Of a stretch of 56,070 nucleotides of DNA, positions 18,023 through 27,761 are shown in pieces. The notes under the pieces were generated by a model that did no database searches, was not told where the DNA came from, and worked only from the letters and a program-made list of their open reading frames with translations. The position numbers and the translations under genes were made by a program. Position 1 is the stretch's first letter. Each line of letters opens with the position of its first letter. Origin of the DNA: Verrucomicrobiota bacterium (GTDB lineage: Bacteria; Verrucomicrobiota; Verrucomicrobiia; Palsa-1439); the NCBI GenBank assembly GCA_037146675.1, contig JBAWWR010000003.1:1-56070 (forward strand), in the 5' to 3' direction.

Positions 18023-20482
18023 ATGAAGAAAACCCTGTTGGCGATGTTGGTAACAAGCTTGCTACTCGCCCCCATTGCTCTTCGAGCTGACATCTTGGTA
18101 GCTGATGCGACGCAGAATCTTGGTGCCGGCCGTACCAATGTGAGCGCGCCGGTCGTCACTCTTATCACTACCCCGGCCGCTGCGCCGGTTAATCCTGAAG
18201 TCACACAGACCGAAAAGGAAGAAGTCCTGCGCCGGCAAGTCGCACAGATTGAGGCGCGGATATTGATTGATGTCGGTTGCCGTCTGGAAAACGCAGGCAA
18301 GCACGAAGATGCCATTCCTAAGCTCACAGAAGGCCTCAAAGTACTGCCACGCGCCAAGGCTACTGAAGCGGATTACAAAAGGGCCGTTCGCGCGTTAGGC
18401 ACCGCTCATGCAAAACTTGCCATCAATGCACTCAAGGGCGGCGACAAAAACACAGCGATTGAACAAGCCAAGAAAGCCATAGAATGCGATTCCGCCAACC
18501 GCCAAGCTGAAGCTATTATAGTCAAAGCCAAGCAGATTAAGCAGACCGCTATCGCTACTCCGCCGCCGGCGCCTGACAAAACTCCTGAATTTCTAGCTGC
18601 GCGCGAGCAAATTAAAAAATTGTTCCGGGAAGGTAAAATCCTCCTCAACTCCGGTCAGTTCGATGAAGCCGAACGGCGTTTCCAGCAAATTCTAATGCTC
18701 GACCCATACAATGCCGACGCGCAGGAAATGCTCGTAATGGTGCAAGCCGCCCGCCAGCCCAGTAATCAAGCCGGCGCGGAGGCCGCCCGCCGCAAGATGT
18801 TGTGGCAAGCCGATAGCGCATGGTTGTTGCCGACCGGCGGCGAAATCAAACGCCCAGAGCCAGAAATTACCAGCACTCGCCTAGAGAATACCGGCCTAAA
18901 TAAGGCGATCCTGCAAAAAATGAGTGAGATCAAATTTCCTGAAATCAACTTCCGCGAAGCGTCGCTTGTGGATGTGGTGACTTATTTAAGCGAACAAAGC
19001 CGCAAGCTCGATCCTAAGGGCGACGGTGTGAACATCGTACTGGGACCGGGTGTAAGCGGCGGCGCTGAAGCGACGCCGGCCCCGGCTGCCGGTGCTGACG
19101 CCCCGTCTGTTGGTGGAACAGGCGGCCGTTCCATCACCCTGCAATTGCGCAACATTCCAATGATTGACGCGCTGAAGCTAATCGTACCGCTAGCCGGATT
19201 GAAGTACCGCGTTGATAGCTATGCGGTAGTTCTGTTGCCGACTGATGCACCAGATGAAGAGATGACTACTGAAACCTATGGCGTTTCACCGGATGCATTT
19301 ACCAAGTACGCCGTTACAGCTGAAGCCGGCGGTGGTGGCGGAGCTGAGAAAATGGGCGGCGGCGCGTCGGTCACACAGGTTACAATTGACCTAAAAGCGC
19401 TCTTCAAGGATGCCGGCGTTGATTTCCCACCGGGCGCGAGCATTACCTTTAATCAAAAGACGAGCAAGATTATCATCCGCAACACACCGAAAAATATTGA
19501 AGCGTTCCTGAAGGTTCTCCCCAGCTTCGATGCCGTTCCCACGCAGGTGGAGATTGAGGCTCGGTTCATTGACATCTCGCAAAGCGATTTGGATGAACTC
19601 GGCTTTACCTGGTCATTTAGCGGGGGCAGCATTGTCGGTCAACATACGCATGCCAATCTTAATTACAACGGTCCGAACCCCAGCGGCTTGCCTGATGGTA
19701 GTATGCCAGCAGACACTAGCGGTGCGATGCGCGACAGTAGTAAACTCGGTGGTAACGCGATTGCTTCGGCGTTGTCAGGCGCGAGCTCTGCATCAGGCGG
19801 TAATCAGGTTTTCAGCCTTGGCGGCGTGTTTAACGGTGCAACGTTTAACATGATTATCAAGGCACTTTCCCAAAAACAATCTACTGATGTGTTAAACGCC
19901 CCGAAAGTCACCACGTTGAGCACTTTGGAAGCCACCATCAAGGTTGTGCAGTCGTTCATTTATCCCAGCGAATATTCCGAACCACAAACCGGCACGGGCA
20001 CCGCGATCACGCCCAGCGTTCCATCTGGTTTTAAAACCAAGGATGTGGGCGTAATCCTCCGTGTTACCCCAACGGTAAGCGCTGACAAGAACACGATTGA
20101 CTTGATGCTGACACCGGAAGTTACCGAGTTCCTTGGTTTTATTGACTACGGTCCCGGCCCAGTTACATTTGTTACCACCAATGGTACCGAGACTGTGCCA
20201 TTCAAAATTCAGCAACCGCTCTTTTCTGAGCGTAGCGTTTCTACCCGTGTGGTTGTGTGGGATGGCCAGACCGTCGTGCTCGGTGGCCTGATTAAGGAAA
20301 ACGTCCAGAAGATTGATGACAAAGTTCCATTTCTCGGCGATCTGCCGGGTATCGGTCGGTTATTTCGCAGCAAAGTCACCAATCGCAGCAAGCAAAACTT
20401 GCTGATCTTTGTGTCGGCGCGGCTAATTGGTCCCGACGGCAGTCCGATTCACAAAGAAGTTACCCGCGGCGGTCTCCGATAA
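18023..20482 (+). CDS. Outer membrane secretin with N-terminal TPRs (Amuc_1098/PilQ/GspD family)
   Basis: QVEIEARFIDI, APKVTT, VGVILRVTP, VLGGLI and DKVPFLGDLPGIGRLFRS motifs. Confidence 0.92.
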   Translation: MKKTLLAMLVTSLLLAPIALRADILVADATQNLGAGRTNVSAPVVTLITTPAAAPVNPEVTQTEKEEVLRRQVAQIEARILIDVGCRLENAGKHEDAIPKLTEGLKVLPRAKATEADYKRAVRALGTAHAKLAINALKGGDKNTAIEQAKKAIECDSANRQAEAIIVKAKQIKQTAIATPPPAPDKTPEFLAAREQIKKLFREGKILLNSGQFDEAERRFQQILMLDPYNADAQEMLVMVQAARQPSNQAGAEAARRKMLWQADSAWLLPTGGEIKRPEPEITSTRLENTGLNKAILQKMSEIKFPEINFREASLVDVVTYLSEQSRKLDPKGDGVNIVLGPGVSGGAEATPAPAAGADAPSVGGTGGRSITLQLRNIPMIDALKLIVPLAGLKYRVDSYAVVLLPTDAPDEEMTTETYGVSPDAFTKYAVTAEAGGGGGAEKMGGGASVTQVTIDLKALFKDAGVDFPPGASITFNQKTSKIIIRNTPKNIEAFLKVLPSFDAVPTQVEIEARFIDISQSDLDELGFTWSFSGGSIVGQHTHANLNYNGPNPSGLPDGSMPADTSGAMRDSSKLGGNAIASALSGASSASGGNQVFSLGGVFNGATFNMIIKALSQKQSTDVLNAPKVTTLSTLEATIKVVQSFIYPSEYSEPQTGTGTAITPSVPSGFKTKDVGVILRVTPTVSADKNTIDLMLTPEVTEFLGFIDYGPGPVTFVTTNGTETVPFKIQQPLFSERSVSTRVVVWDGQTVVLGGLIKENVQKIDDKVPFLGDLPGIGRLFRSKVTNRSKQNLLIFVSARLIGPDGSPIHKEVTRGGLR

Positions 20483-20494
20483 CGACACAGTCAG

Positions 20495-20523
20495 CTTTTC
20501 CGATGTGCAGTTGCGTCGGGAAA
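20495..20523 (+). terminator. Possible stem-loop after the secretin gene
   Basis: tttccgatg...cgtcgggaaa stem with G-U pairs; no clear U-tract. Confidence 0.3.
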
Positions 20524-20566
20524 TTCGTTGAAACCGGTGCTCTTCTCCGGTAGTCTCCGTACCGGC

Positions 20567-22102
20567 ATGAGTCAAATCCGTCGCGCGCTTATCAGTGTTT
20601 CAGACAAGACAGGTCTGGCAGAGTTCGTGCGCGAACTCCACAAGCTCGGTGTCGAAATCATCTCCACCGGCGGCACAGCGCGCACGGTTAAGGAAGCGGG
20701 TGTACCGGTTATCGAAATCAGCGCTTTCACCGGCTTTCCGGAAATGATGGATGGCCGCGTGAAGACGCTGCACCCGAAGGTCCACGGCGGCCTGTTGTTC
20801 ATTCGTGGTAATGCCGAACATGAAGCCGCTGCCGCCCAACACAGCATCCAACCAATTGATTTGGTCGTCGTGAATTTGTATCCGTTTGAGAAAACCGTCG
20901 CCCAGCCAAATGTCGCACTCCACGATGCGATTGAGAATATCGACATCGGCGGGCCGAGCATGTTGCGGAGCGCAGCGAAAAATCACGCGAGCGTGACGGT
21001 GGTAGTTGACCCGGCTGACTACGCACCGGTGGTGGCGGAAATGAAAGCCAACAGCGGCGCGACGTTGCCGGCAACACGCGCGCGCTTGGCGGTGAAGGTG
21101 TTTGCGACGACGAGCCGGTACGATGGCGCGATTGCAGCGTTTCTCGGCAAAGGCGATGGATTGCCGGAGACATTGACGCTGTCGCTGCCGAAAGTGCAGG
21201 CGCTCCGGTACGGCGAGAATCCGCACCAGAAGGCGGCGTTGTACGGAGCGTTCGATAAATATTTCCAACAACTCCACGGTAAGGAGCTTTCCTACAATAA
21301 CATTCTCGACCTGACTGCGGCGGCGGAGTTAGTGACTGAGTTTGAAGACCCGACTGTCGCAATCATCAAACACACAAATCCATGCGGCATCGGAAGCGCG
21401 GCGACGTTGCGGCAGGCGTGGGGGTTGGCGTACGAGACCGACAAACAGGCACCGTTCGGTGGCATCATCGCGGTGAACCGGCCCCTCGACGCAGCGATTG
21501 CAGAGGCGATTGCGGAAATTTTCAGTGAAGTGATAGTCGCGCCAGAATTCTTGCCGGAGGCGCTGGCGATCTTGCAGAAGAAGAAGAATTTGCGACTAAT
21601 CCGGCAACTCGCGCCACCGGCGCTGGGGCTGGCGTTGCGATCTGTGACCGGTGGTGTGCTGGCGCAGGAACGCGACAGCCGGCTGGTATCGGCAGCGGAT
21701 TTGAAAGTGGTCACAAAACGAGCGCCGACGCAGGCGGAACGGCACGCGTTGTTGTTCGCATGGCGCGTGGTGAAGCATGTGAAGAGCAACGCTATCGTGT
21801 TCGCCACGGCTGACGGCGTGATTGCGCGGACGCTTGGCATTGGTGCCGGGCAAATGAGCCGGGTGGATTCGTCGAAAATTGCGGTTTGGAAAGCCGGTGA
21901 AGCTGGCTTGAGTTTGGCCGGTGGCGTGGTGGCAAGTGACGCGTTTTTTCCATTCCCGGATGGCGTACTTGCGGCAGCTGATGCCGGCGCGACAGCGGTA
22001 ATTCAGCCGGGCGGCAGCGTGCGCGATGCGGAAGTGATTGCGGCCGCTGATGCGCGGAACTTGGCGATGGTGTTTACCGGAATCCGTCATTTCCGGCACT
22101 AA
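20567..22102 (+). CDS. purH: Bifunctional AICAR transformylase/IMP cyclohydrolase
   Basis: [50 protein letters not shown] and RHFRH motifs. Confidence 0.97.
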   Translation: MSQIRRALISVSDKTGLAEFVRELHKLGVEIISTGGTARTVKEAGVPVIEISAFTGFPEMMDGRVKTLHPKVHGGLLFIRGNAEHEAAAAQHSIQPIDLVVVNLYPFEKTVAQPNVALHDAIENIDIGGPSMLRSAAKNHASVTVVVDPADYAPVVAEMKANSGATLPATRARLAVKVFATTSRYDGAIAAFLGKGDGLPETLTLSLPKVQALRYGENPHQKAALYGAFDKYFQQLHGKELSYNNILDLTAAAELVTEFEDPTVAIIKHTNPCGIGSAATLRQAWGLAYETDKQAPFGGIIAVNRPLDAAIAEAIAEIFSEVIVAPEFLPEALAILQKKKNLRLIRQLAPPALGLALRSVTGGVLAQERDSRLVSAADLKVVTKRAPTQAERHALLFAWRVVKHVKSNAIVFATADGVIARTLGIGAGQMSRVDSSKIAVWKAGEAGLSLAGGVVASDAFFPFPDGVLAAADAGATAVIQPGGSVRDAEVIAAADARNLAMVFTGIRHFRH

Positions 22103-22144
22103 ACACTTCGGCAGCAGAACGGTCGATACCTGGGTAGATTTATT

Positions 22145-25100
22145 ATGGCAAAACAACCGAATGATATTTCTCCGGCTCCACAGCCGGTTGCAGCGGCTGA
22201 AACGCGCCGGGTGTTCACGCCTGTGGAATGGCTCGTGGCCGGGCTGGCATTCGTGGTGTCGGGGTTGGTTTATTTTTACTACATGTCGCCAGAAGTGACA
22301 TTGGAAGATTCTGGCGAGCTGGTAACCGGCGCATTCAATTTTGGCGTGCCACATCCGCCGGGTTATCCGCTGTGGGCGTTCATGGGTTGGCTCTGGCGCT
22401 ATCTGGTGCCGTTTGGTAATCCGGCTTGGCGCATCTGTTTGATGTCGGTGCTGACCGGCGCAACGTTGGTCGGAATCATGACGCTATTGATGTCGCGCAG
22501 TATTTTGATGCTACTGCGGAATGTGACTTGGGCGGACAAGATCGAGGAATCGTTAAAGAGTTGGTTGTCGCTGACGATCGGTGTGGCGGCGGCAATGCTG
22601 TTTGCCTTCAATCGTGGCGTCTGGCTCTGGGCGTGCGTGCCGGAGATGCGCGTGTTGAATGCGTTTCTGTTCGTGCTGATCAGCTGTATGTTTTTCGCGT
22701 GGATGATGCGGCCGGAGAAGAGCCGGTATTTGTACGCCACACTGCTTTTGCTGGGGTTGAGCATCGCGAACCACCAGACGATCGTGGTCATGGCGTTTCC
22801 GTTTTTGGTGGGCGCATTTGCAGTTGGCTGGCTGGCGGAACACAAGCCGGGGTACTTGTCCGGCTTTTTGGAGCTGACGTTCGCGCTGTTGGTGGGCTGG
22901 GCGGCCGGCGTGCTGGTCAATGCTTGGCTGTTGGCGCCGACGGCCGATTTGCTCTGGATGCAAAAAGTCCGGGTCGGAATTTTATTTGGACCACCGACCG
23001 AAGCCTTGCCGGTGCTACTGGTGAGCGGCGGCGCGGCCGCGGCATTGTTGGTGTTGGGCGCGTCGGCGCGGTGGCTGAACTGGCGGCGGGCGGTGTGCGG
23101 CGCTGGTTTGTTCCTACTAGGCTGCGGCATGTACGCATACATGCCGTTGGCAGCGGCAACGAATCCGCCGATGAACTGGGGTTACTGCGCGACCAAACAA
23201 GGCTTCCTCCATGCAATCACGCGCGGTCAGTATGAGCAATTGCACACGTCGCCAATCCTGAGTTTCGCGTTCTTGACGCAAATCCGGTTATTCACGGAAG
23301 CGTTGATCAATCAGTACAGTTGGCCGGTGGCGCTGTTTGCTCTCCTCCCGATGGTCTTATTAGTTTGTCGCTGGAATGACTTGCGGATGCGCGGCCGGCA
23401 ATGGCTGATCTACGTGTTTGCTGCCATAGCGACCACGAGTTTTGGGTTGTTGATGATCATCAATCCCGGCCTCGATAAGACCCAGCAAGAAATCAACATG
23501 AAGTTCTTTGCGCCAGCTCACGGGTTCTTCGCCATGCTGATTGGCTACGGCATCGCGCTGGCAATAACGTGGGCACTGGCGCGCTGGCCGCAACTGCCCC
23601 GGTCGGTATTCCGGTATGGCAGTCTTGGATTGGTTGCGCTAGCGATCATTCCCTTCACCGGTAACTGGAAAACGTGCGAACAACGCGGCCATGATTTTGG
23701 GTATCAATTCGGTTACCGGATGTTTTATCCCGGTGGCGATTATCCGCCAATGGACCGGGATGCGTTTTTGTTTGGCGGTACCGATCCCGGCCGCTTTGTG
23801 CCGACGTACATGATTTTCTCCGAAAGCGTCGTGCCGGCCCGTGATAAATTCCGCGACCCGAATCTACAAAACCAAGAACTGAACTTTGACCGTCGCGACG
23901 TGTACATCGTCACGCAAAACGCATTGGCCGACACAACCTACATGGCGTACATCCGCGATCATTACGACTACTCGCGGCCGACCAACTACAACGCGTTCGC
24001 GCGGGCCATCGGCCGGGCGCAAGCTTATCCCGTCGCGCCGATTTGGATTCCAACGGAACTGGATTCGCAGCGCGCGTTTCAGGAATACGTCGCCGATGTG
24101 CAAAGCCGGCGCGCGCGTGGCGAACCACAGAATCCCGACGAGGACGTCACGCTGGAGGGCGGCCGGGTGCAGGTGCGCGGCGTCAAGGGCGTGATGAACA
24201 TCAACGCCATCCTGTGTAAATGGATTCACGATCATAACAAGGCCAAACACACCTTCTATGTCGAGGAAAGCTACGTGATTGATTGGATGTTCCAATATCT
24301 CGAGCCCTACGGCATCATCATGAAGATCAATGCTGAGCCGTTACCGTCGCCCAGTGACAACCCGGTGTTGTGGTCGCGAATCTTCGAGCGCGACAAGGCG
24401 TATTGGGACAAGCTCGTGGCGGAGTTCACGGCGCGGCCGGAATTCTGGCGCGACAATGACGCGCGCAAAACGTTTTCCAAACTACGCTCGGCCATCGGCG
24501 GTGTGTATGCTTACCGGAAGCTTTATGACAAAGCCCAGTATGCTTATCAGCAATCGCTGCAACTTTGTCCCGACAGCCCTGAAGCCAATTTCCGCACTTC
24601 ACAACTGTATCTGGAAACCGGCCATCCCGACGCCGCCATCGCCATTCTGGAAGCGTATAAGAAGCTTGATCCGCTCAACAGCAAGATCGAATTGGCGATC
24701 AACCAGATTCGCGGCATGCAACAAGCAGGTGCCAGCATCCAACAGCTCGAGCAGCAACTCGCCACGCAACCGCATAACCTCCAGCTTGTTGGTGAGCTCG
24801 CTAAAAACTATCTGCGCGTGCAACAGTTTGGCCGCGTTCAGGCGCTGTTTGACAACTTCGTCGCCCAACCTGCTACCACTGTCGGTGATATGCTCCAAAT
24901 TGCTCAGTTTTACCTGAGCATCAATCAAGCGCAACTGGCTGTCCGCGCCATCGAACAGGCGACGCAACGGTTCCCACAGGAGGCCGATCCATTCTACGCG
25001 CTCGCCATCCTTCGCGGCGCAATGGGCGCACCAAATGACGCGTTGGGCGCATTGCAGCGCGCGATTCAAATCAACCCGGCCGTCCGTGCTCGCGCTCAGA

Positions 25101-25165
25101 GCGATCAGCAGTTCGCGGCGCTACGGAATGATGCGCGTTTCCAAGCGTTGGTGGCCAGCCAGTAG
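22145..25165 (+). CDS. DUF2723/TMEM260-like GT-C membrane glycosyltransferase with C-terminal TPRs
   Basis: EDSGEL...GVPHPPGYPLW motif, multiple TM helices, PPMNWG, TPR tail. Confidence 0.82.
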   Translation: MAKQPNDISPAPQPVAAAETRRVFTPVEWLVAGLAFVVSGLVYFYYMSPEVTLEDSGELVTGAFNFGVPHPPGYPLWAFMGWLWRYLVPFGNPAWRICLMSVLTGATLVGIMTLLMSRSILMLLRNVTWADKIEESLKSWLSLTIGVAAAMLFAFNRGVWLWACVPEMRVLNAFLFVLISCMFFAWMMRPEKSRYLYATLLLLGLSIANHQTIVVMAFPFLVGAFAVGWLAEHKPGYLSGFLELTFALLVGWAAGVLVNAWLLAPTADLLWMQKVRVGILFGPPTEALPVLLVSGGAAAALLVLGASARWLNWRRAVCGAGLFLLGCGMYAYMPLAAATNPPMNWGYCATKQGFLHAITRGQYEQLHTSPILSFAFLTQIRLFTEALINQYSWPVALFALLPMVLLVCRWNDLRMRGRQWLIYVFAAIATTSFGLLMIINPGLDKTQQEINMKFFAPAHGFFAMLIGYGIALAITWALARWPQLPRSVFRYGSLGLVALAIIPFTGNWKTCEQRGHDFGYQFGYRMFYPGGDYPPMDRDAFLFGGTDPGRFVPTYMIFSESVVPARDKFRDPNLQNQELNFDRRDVYIVTQNALADTTYMAYIRDHYDYSRPTNYNAFARAIGRAQAYPVAPIWIPTELDSQRAFQEYVADVQSRRARGEPQNPDEDVTLEGGRVQVRGVKGVMNINAILCKWIHDHNKAKHTFYVEESYVIDWMFQYLEPYGIIMKINAEPLPSPSDNPVLWSRIFERDKAYWDKLVAEFTARPEFWRDNDARKTFSKLRSAIGGVYAYRKLYDKAQYAYQQSLQLCPDSPEANFRTSQLYLETGHPDAAIAILEAYKKLDPLNSKIELAINQIRGMQQAGASIQQLEQQLATQPHNLQLVGELAKNYLRVQQFGRVQALFDNFVAQPATTVGDMLQIAQFYLSINQAQLAVRAIEQATQRFPQEADPFYALAILRGAMGAPNDALGALQRAIQINPAVRARAQSDQQFAALRNDARFQALVASQ

Positions 25166-25170
25166 CCGCC

Positions 25171-25470
25171 ATGCAGCCAAAAAATATTCAAGTCATCAAC
25201 CGGACACTCGCCGTTGTGTGGAACGACAAGCGGGAAGACTATTTCGACTTGGAAGCTTTGCGTCGCGCCTGCCCGTGCGCCGGCTGTTGCGGCGAGGGCA
25301 ATGTCCTTGTTGCCGCGCGACCGGCCCCGCAGAATTATACGCCAGTCAGTTTTGAGGTGCGCAGCTGGCAATTTATCGGCAGCTACGGCATGCAACCGCA
25401 GTGGGCCGATGGCCACGCTACCGGCATCTACTCGTTTGCTTACCTCCGGCAGTTGAACACCGGGAACTGA
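25171..25470 (+). CDS. DUF971 (GBBH N-terminal-like) protein
   Basis: LRRACPCAGC and WADGHATGIYSFAYL motifs. Confidence 0.85.
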   Translation: MQPKNIQVINRTLAVVWNDKREDYFDLEALRRACPCAGCCGEGNVLVAARPAPQNYTPVSFEVRSWQFIGSYGMQPQWADGHATGIYSFAYLRQLNTGN

Positions 25471-25482
25471 GGTTCTTTTTCA

Positions 25483-26283
25483 ATGCGCATTATTGAACCG
25501 CATTGCCACATGGTGTCACGGGTCACCGATGACTACGAACGCATGGCGGTAGCCGGTATTGAAGCTGTAGTTGAGCCGTCGTTTTGGTTTGGTTCACCGC
25601 GCACAAGCGCCGGTACCTTCGTGGACTACTTCGAGCTGATCATCAGCTGGGAAACGCAACGCGCCAAGCTGTTCGGCATCGAACACTTCACCTGCATCGC
25701 CATGAATCCGCGCGAGGCCAACAACGTGCCGTTGACTCAGGAAGTCTTGCCGGTCGTTGCGCAGTATTGCCGGCGCGAAACGTGCGTGGCAATTGGCGAA
25801 ATCGGTTTCGACCGGCAGACTGACGCCGAAGAAGTCGCCATCCGCTCGCAACTTCAGCTCGCGAAGAAATTGGACATGCCGGTCGTCATTCACCTGCCAC
25901 ATCAATTTAAAAAAGTCGGCACTGAACGCACACTGAAAGTCGTTACCAGTGAGAACATGAATCCCGGCAAGGTTCTGCTCGACCACAACACCGAAGAAAC
26001 ACTGCCGCTCTACGCCGGTACGAAGTTCTGGCGCGGCTTAAGCATTTACCCGATCACCAAGCTGACCGTCGAACGCGCTGCCAACATCGTCGAGCAATAC
26101 GGTGTCGAGCGATTGCTGGTGAACAGCGCGTGCGATTGGGGGCCGAGCGATCCATTGAACGTGCCGAAGTTGGTGCAAGAACTGGGGGCCCGAAAATTTC
26201 CCCGCGACCAAATCGAACAACTCGTCTTCCGGAACCCGATTGCCTTTTATGGCCAGAGTGACCGGTGGACCTATCGGGCCTGA
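25483..26283 (+). CDS. TatD family hydrolase, EboB-like
   Basis: PHCHMVSRVTDDY, EPSFWFGSPRT, GEIGFD, DHNTEET and NSACDWGPSDPL motifs. Confidence 0.82.
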   Translation: MRIIEPHCHMVSRVTDDYERMAVAGIEAVVEPSFWFGSPRTSAGTFVDYFELIISWETQRAKLFGIEHFTCIAMNPREANNVPLTQEVLPVVAQYCRRETCVAIGEIGFDRQTDAEEVAIRSQLQLAKKLDMPVVIHLPHQFKKVGTERTLKVVTSENMNPGKVLLDHNTEETLPLYAGTKFWRGLSIYPITKLTVERAANIVEQYGVERLLVNSACDWGPSDPLNVPKLVQELGARKFPRDQIEQLVFRNPIAFYGQSDRWTYRA

Positions 26284-26294
26284 GCCGCTAACCG

Positions 26295-27761
26295 TCAGTC
26301 CACTGTTAACACGATGTTATTCTTGCTCAGAATCGTGCCTTCGACTTGATCAAGCGTGACGAGCGATTCTCCGTAATCGGTTCGGGCCCGGATTTCGGCA
26401 GAGCGGGTGGTCGCCAATTGGGCTTGGGCTTGGAGGACAAGGAAGGTCGTCGAGGTGCCGGCTAATAGTTTCTTTTTCTCGGCCGCGAGCGATTCTTGGG
26501 CAAGGCGCGTGGCTTCGTGCGCGGCCGCAACGCTTTTCAGATTCGCTTCAACGTGGCCGACGGCGTTGTCGACTTGAATGATGATGTCTTGTTCGATGGC
26601 TTTGAGGTTCAAGAGGAGTTGGTCAGCGTCAAGCCGGGCAATCCGGTAAGTCGAGCGCGCTTGCCGGTTGCCGAGTGGAAATGAGACGGCCACACCGACG
26701 CCCCAGACCGGGCTGTTGCCGGTCGTCAGGTTGTCGGTGTAACCGCTAAAACTATGGCCGTAGCCATTCAAGCCATAGCTACCTTGCAAATCAACCTCTG
26801 GCCAGAGTTGGTTGCGGTTGAATTTAACAACAATGTTTTGTTTCTCTAAAGTCTCTTTGGCGCTGAGGTAATCGGGGCGCCGCGTCAATGCCGTCCGCGT
26901 GCTCTCGTCGACGTCGGTTTGGATCATCTGCACCAGTGGGTAGTCGACCGGCAACAAAGTCGTGCCGCGAAACTCCGAGACTTCCCGGCAGATCAGCCGC
27001 TTGAGTGTGTTCTCGTTGTCCTTAATCTTGCGCGCGGCCAGAATAACGGCCTGTTCGCGCTCGGCCACACCGGCTTCGGCTTGGGTCACATCGAGCGGCG
27101 TTAGGACGCCAACTTGGACGCGGCGCCGGTCTTCTGTTAGTAATTCTTTGGCCCGGTTGAGATCTTCGACTTTGGCTTTGTGATCCTCGATGGCGAAACC
27201 TAATTCGTAATACGCCGAACAGACCGTAGTCATTTTTGTCATGACCAGCTGGATGAAGTTCTGGACAGCGATTGCTTTGGATTTGCGGGCGATGCGGATG
27301 TTGGCGGAATTGATACCCAGCCCGAAATTTTTCAGCAACGGCTGGGTCACGCTCACACCGGCTTGACCGGTGTAGAGAAAATTGTAGTTCGTGATGGCAT
27401 TACCGGAGGTGCGATAGTCGTGAGCAGTGAAATCGTAGGTCGCGCCGGTCGGCAACTTGCCGGCCAGGCTCAACGTGGGTTGCATCGTCTGTTGTGTCAG
27501 AGCTGGAAAGACCGGATCGAGTGGACTTGTTGAATCTTGGTAAGTTAGCGCGCTGGTCAGCACCGGATCGTAGACGCCTTGCGCGCCAATAATTCCCCAC
27601 GTTTGAATGCCGGGATTGATGCGCTCGGCGCGGATTTCGAGGTTGTTGACCAATGCGCGTTCCACGCATTCACGCAAGGCCAAGGACTTCACGCTGGTTT
27701 CACTACGCGCCGGGCTGCTGCACAGGATTGCCGACACGAGGACGAGAGAGATTTTATTCAT
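26295..27761 (-). CDS. TolC family outer membrane efflux protein
   Basis: Signal peptide, two OEP repeats (VTQPLLKNFG; VSFPLGNRQAR). Confidence 0.9.
   Translation of the reverse strand: MNKISLVLVSAILCSSPARSETSVKSLALRECVERALVNNLEIRAERINPGIQTWGIIGAQGVYDPVLTSALTYQDSTSPLDPVFPALTQQTMQPTLSLAGKLPTGATYDFTAHDYRTSGNAITNYNFLYTGQAGVSVTQPLLKNFGLGINSANIRIARKSKAIAVQNFIQLVMTKMTTVCSAYYELGFAIEDHKAKVEDLNRAKELLTEDRRRVQVGVLTPLDVTQAEAGVAEREQAVILAARKIKDNENTLKRLICREVSEFRGTTLLPVDYPLVQMIQTDVDESTRTALTRRPDYLSAKETLEKQNIVVKFNRNQLWPEVDLQGSYGLNGYGHSFSGYTDNLTTGNSPVWGVGVAVSFPLGNRQARSTYRIARLDADQLLLNLKAIEQDIIIQVDNAVGHVEANLKSVAAAHEATRLAQESLAAEKKKLLAGTSTTFLVLQAQAQLATTRSAEIRARTDYGESLVTLDQVEGTILSKNNIVLTVD

Noticed and set aside
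20483-20566. ZMP/ZTP riboswitch before purH
   Set aside because: No recognisable consensus, and the predicted promoter lies within about 10 nt of the ATG, leaving no leader
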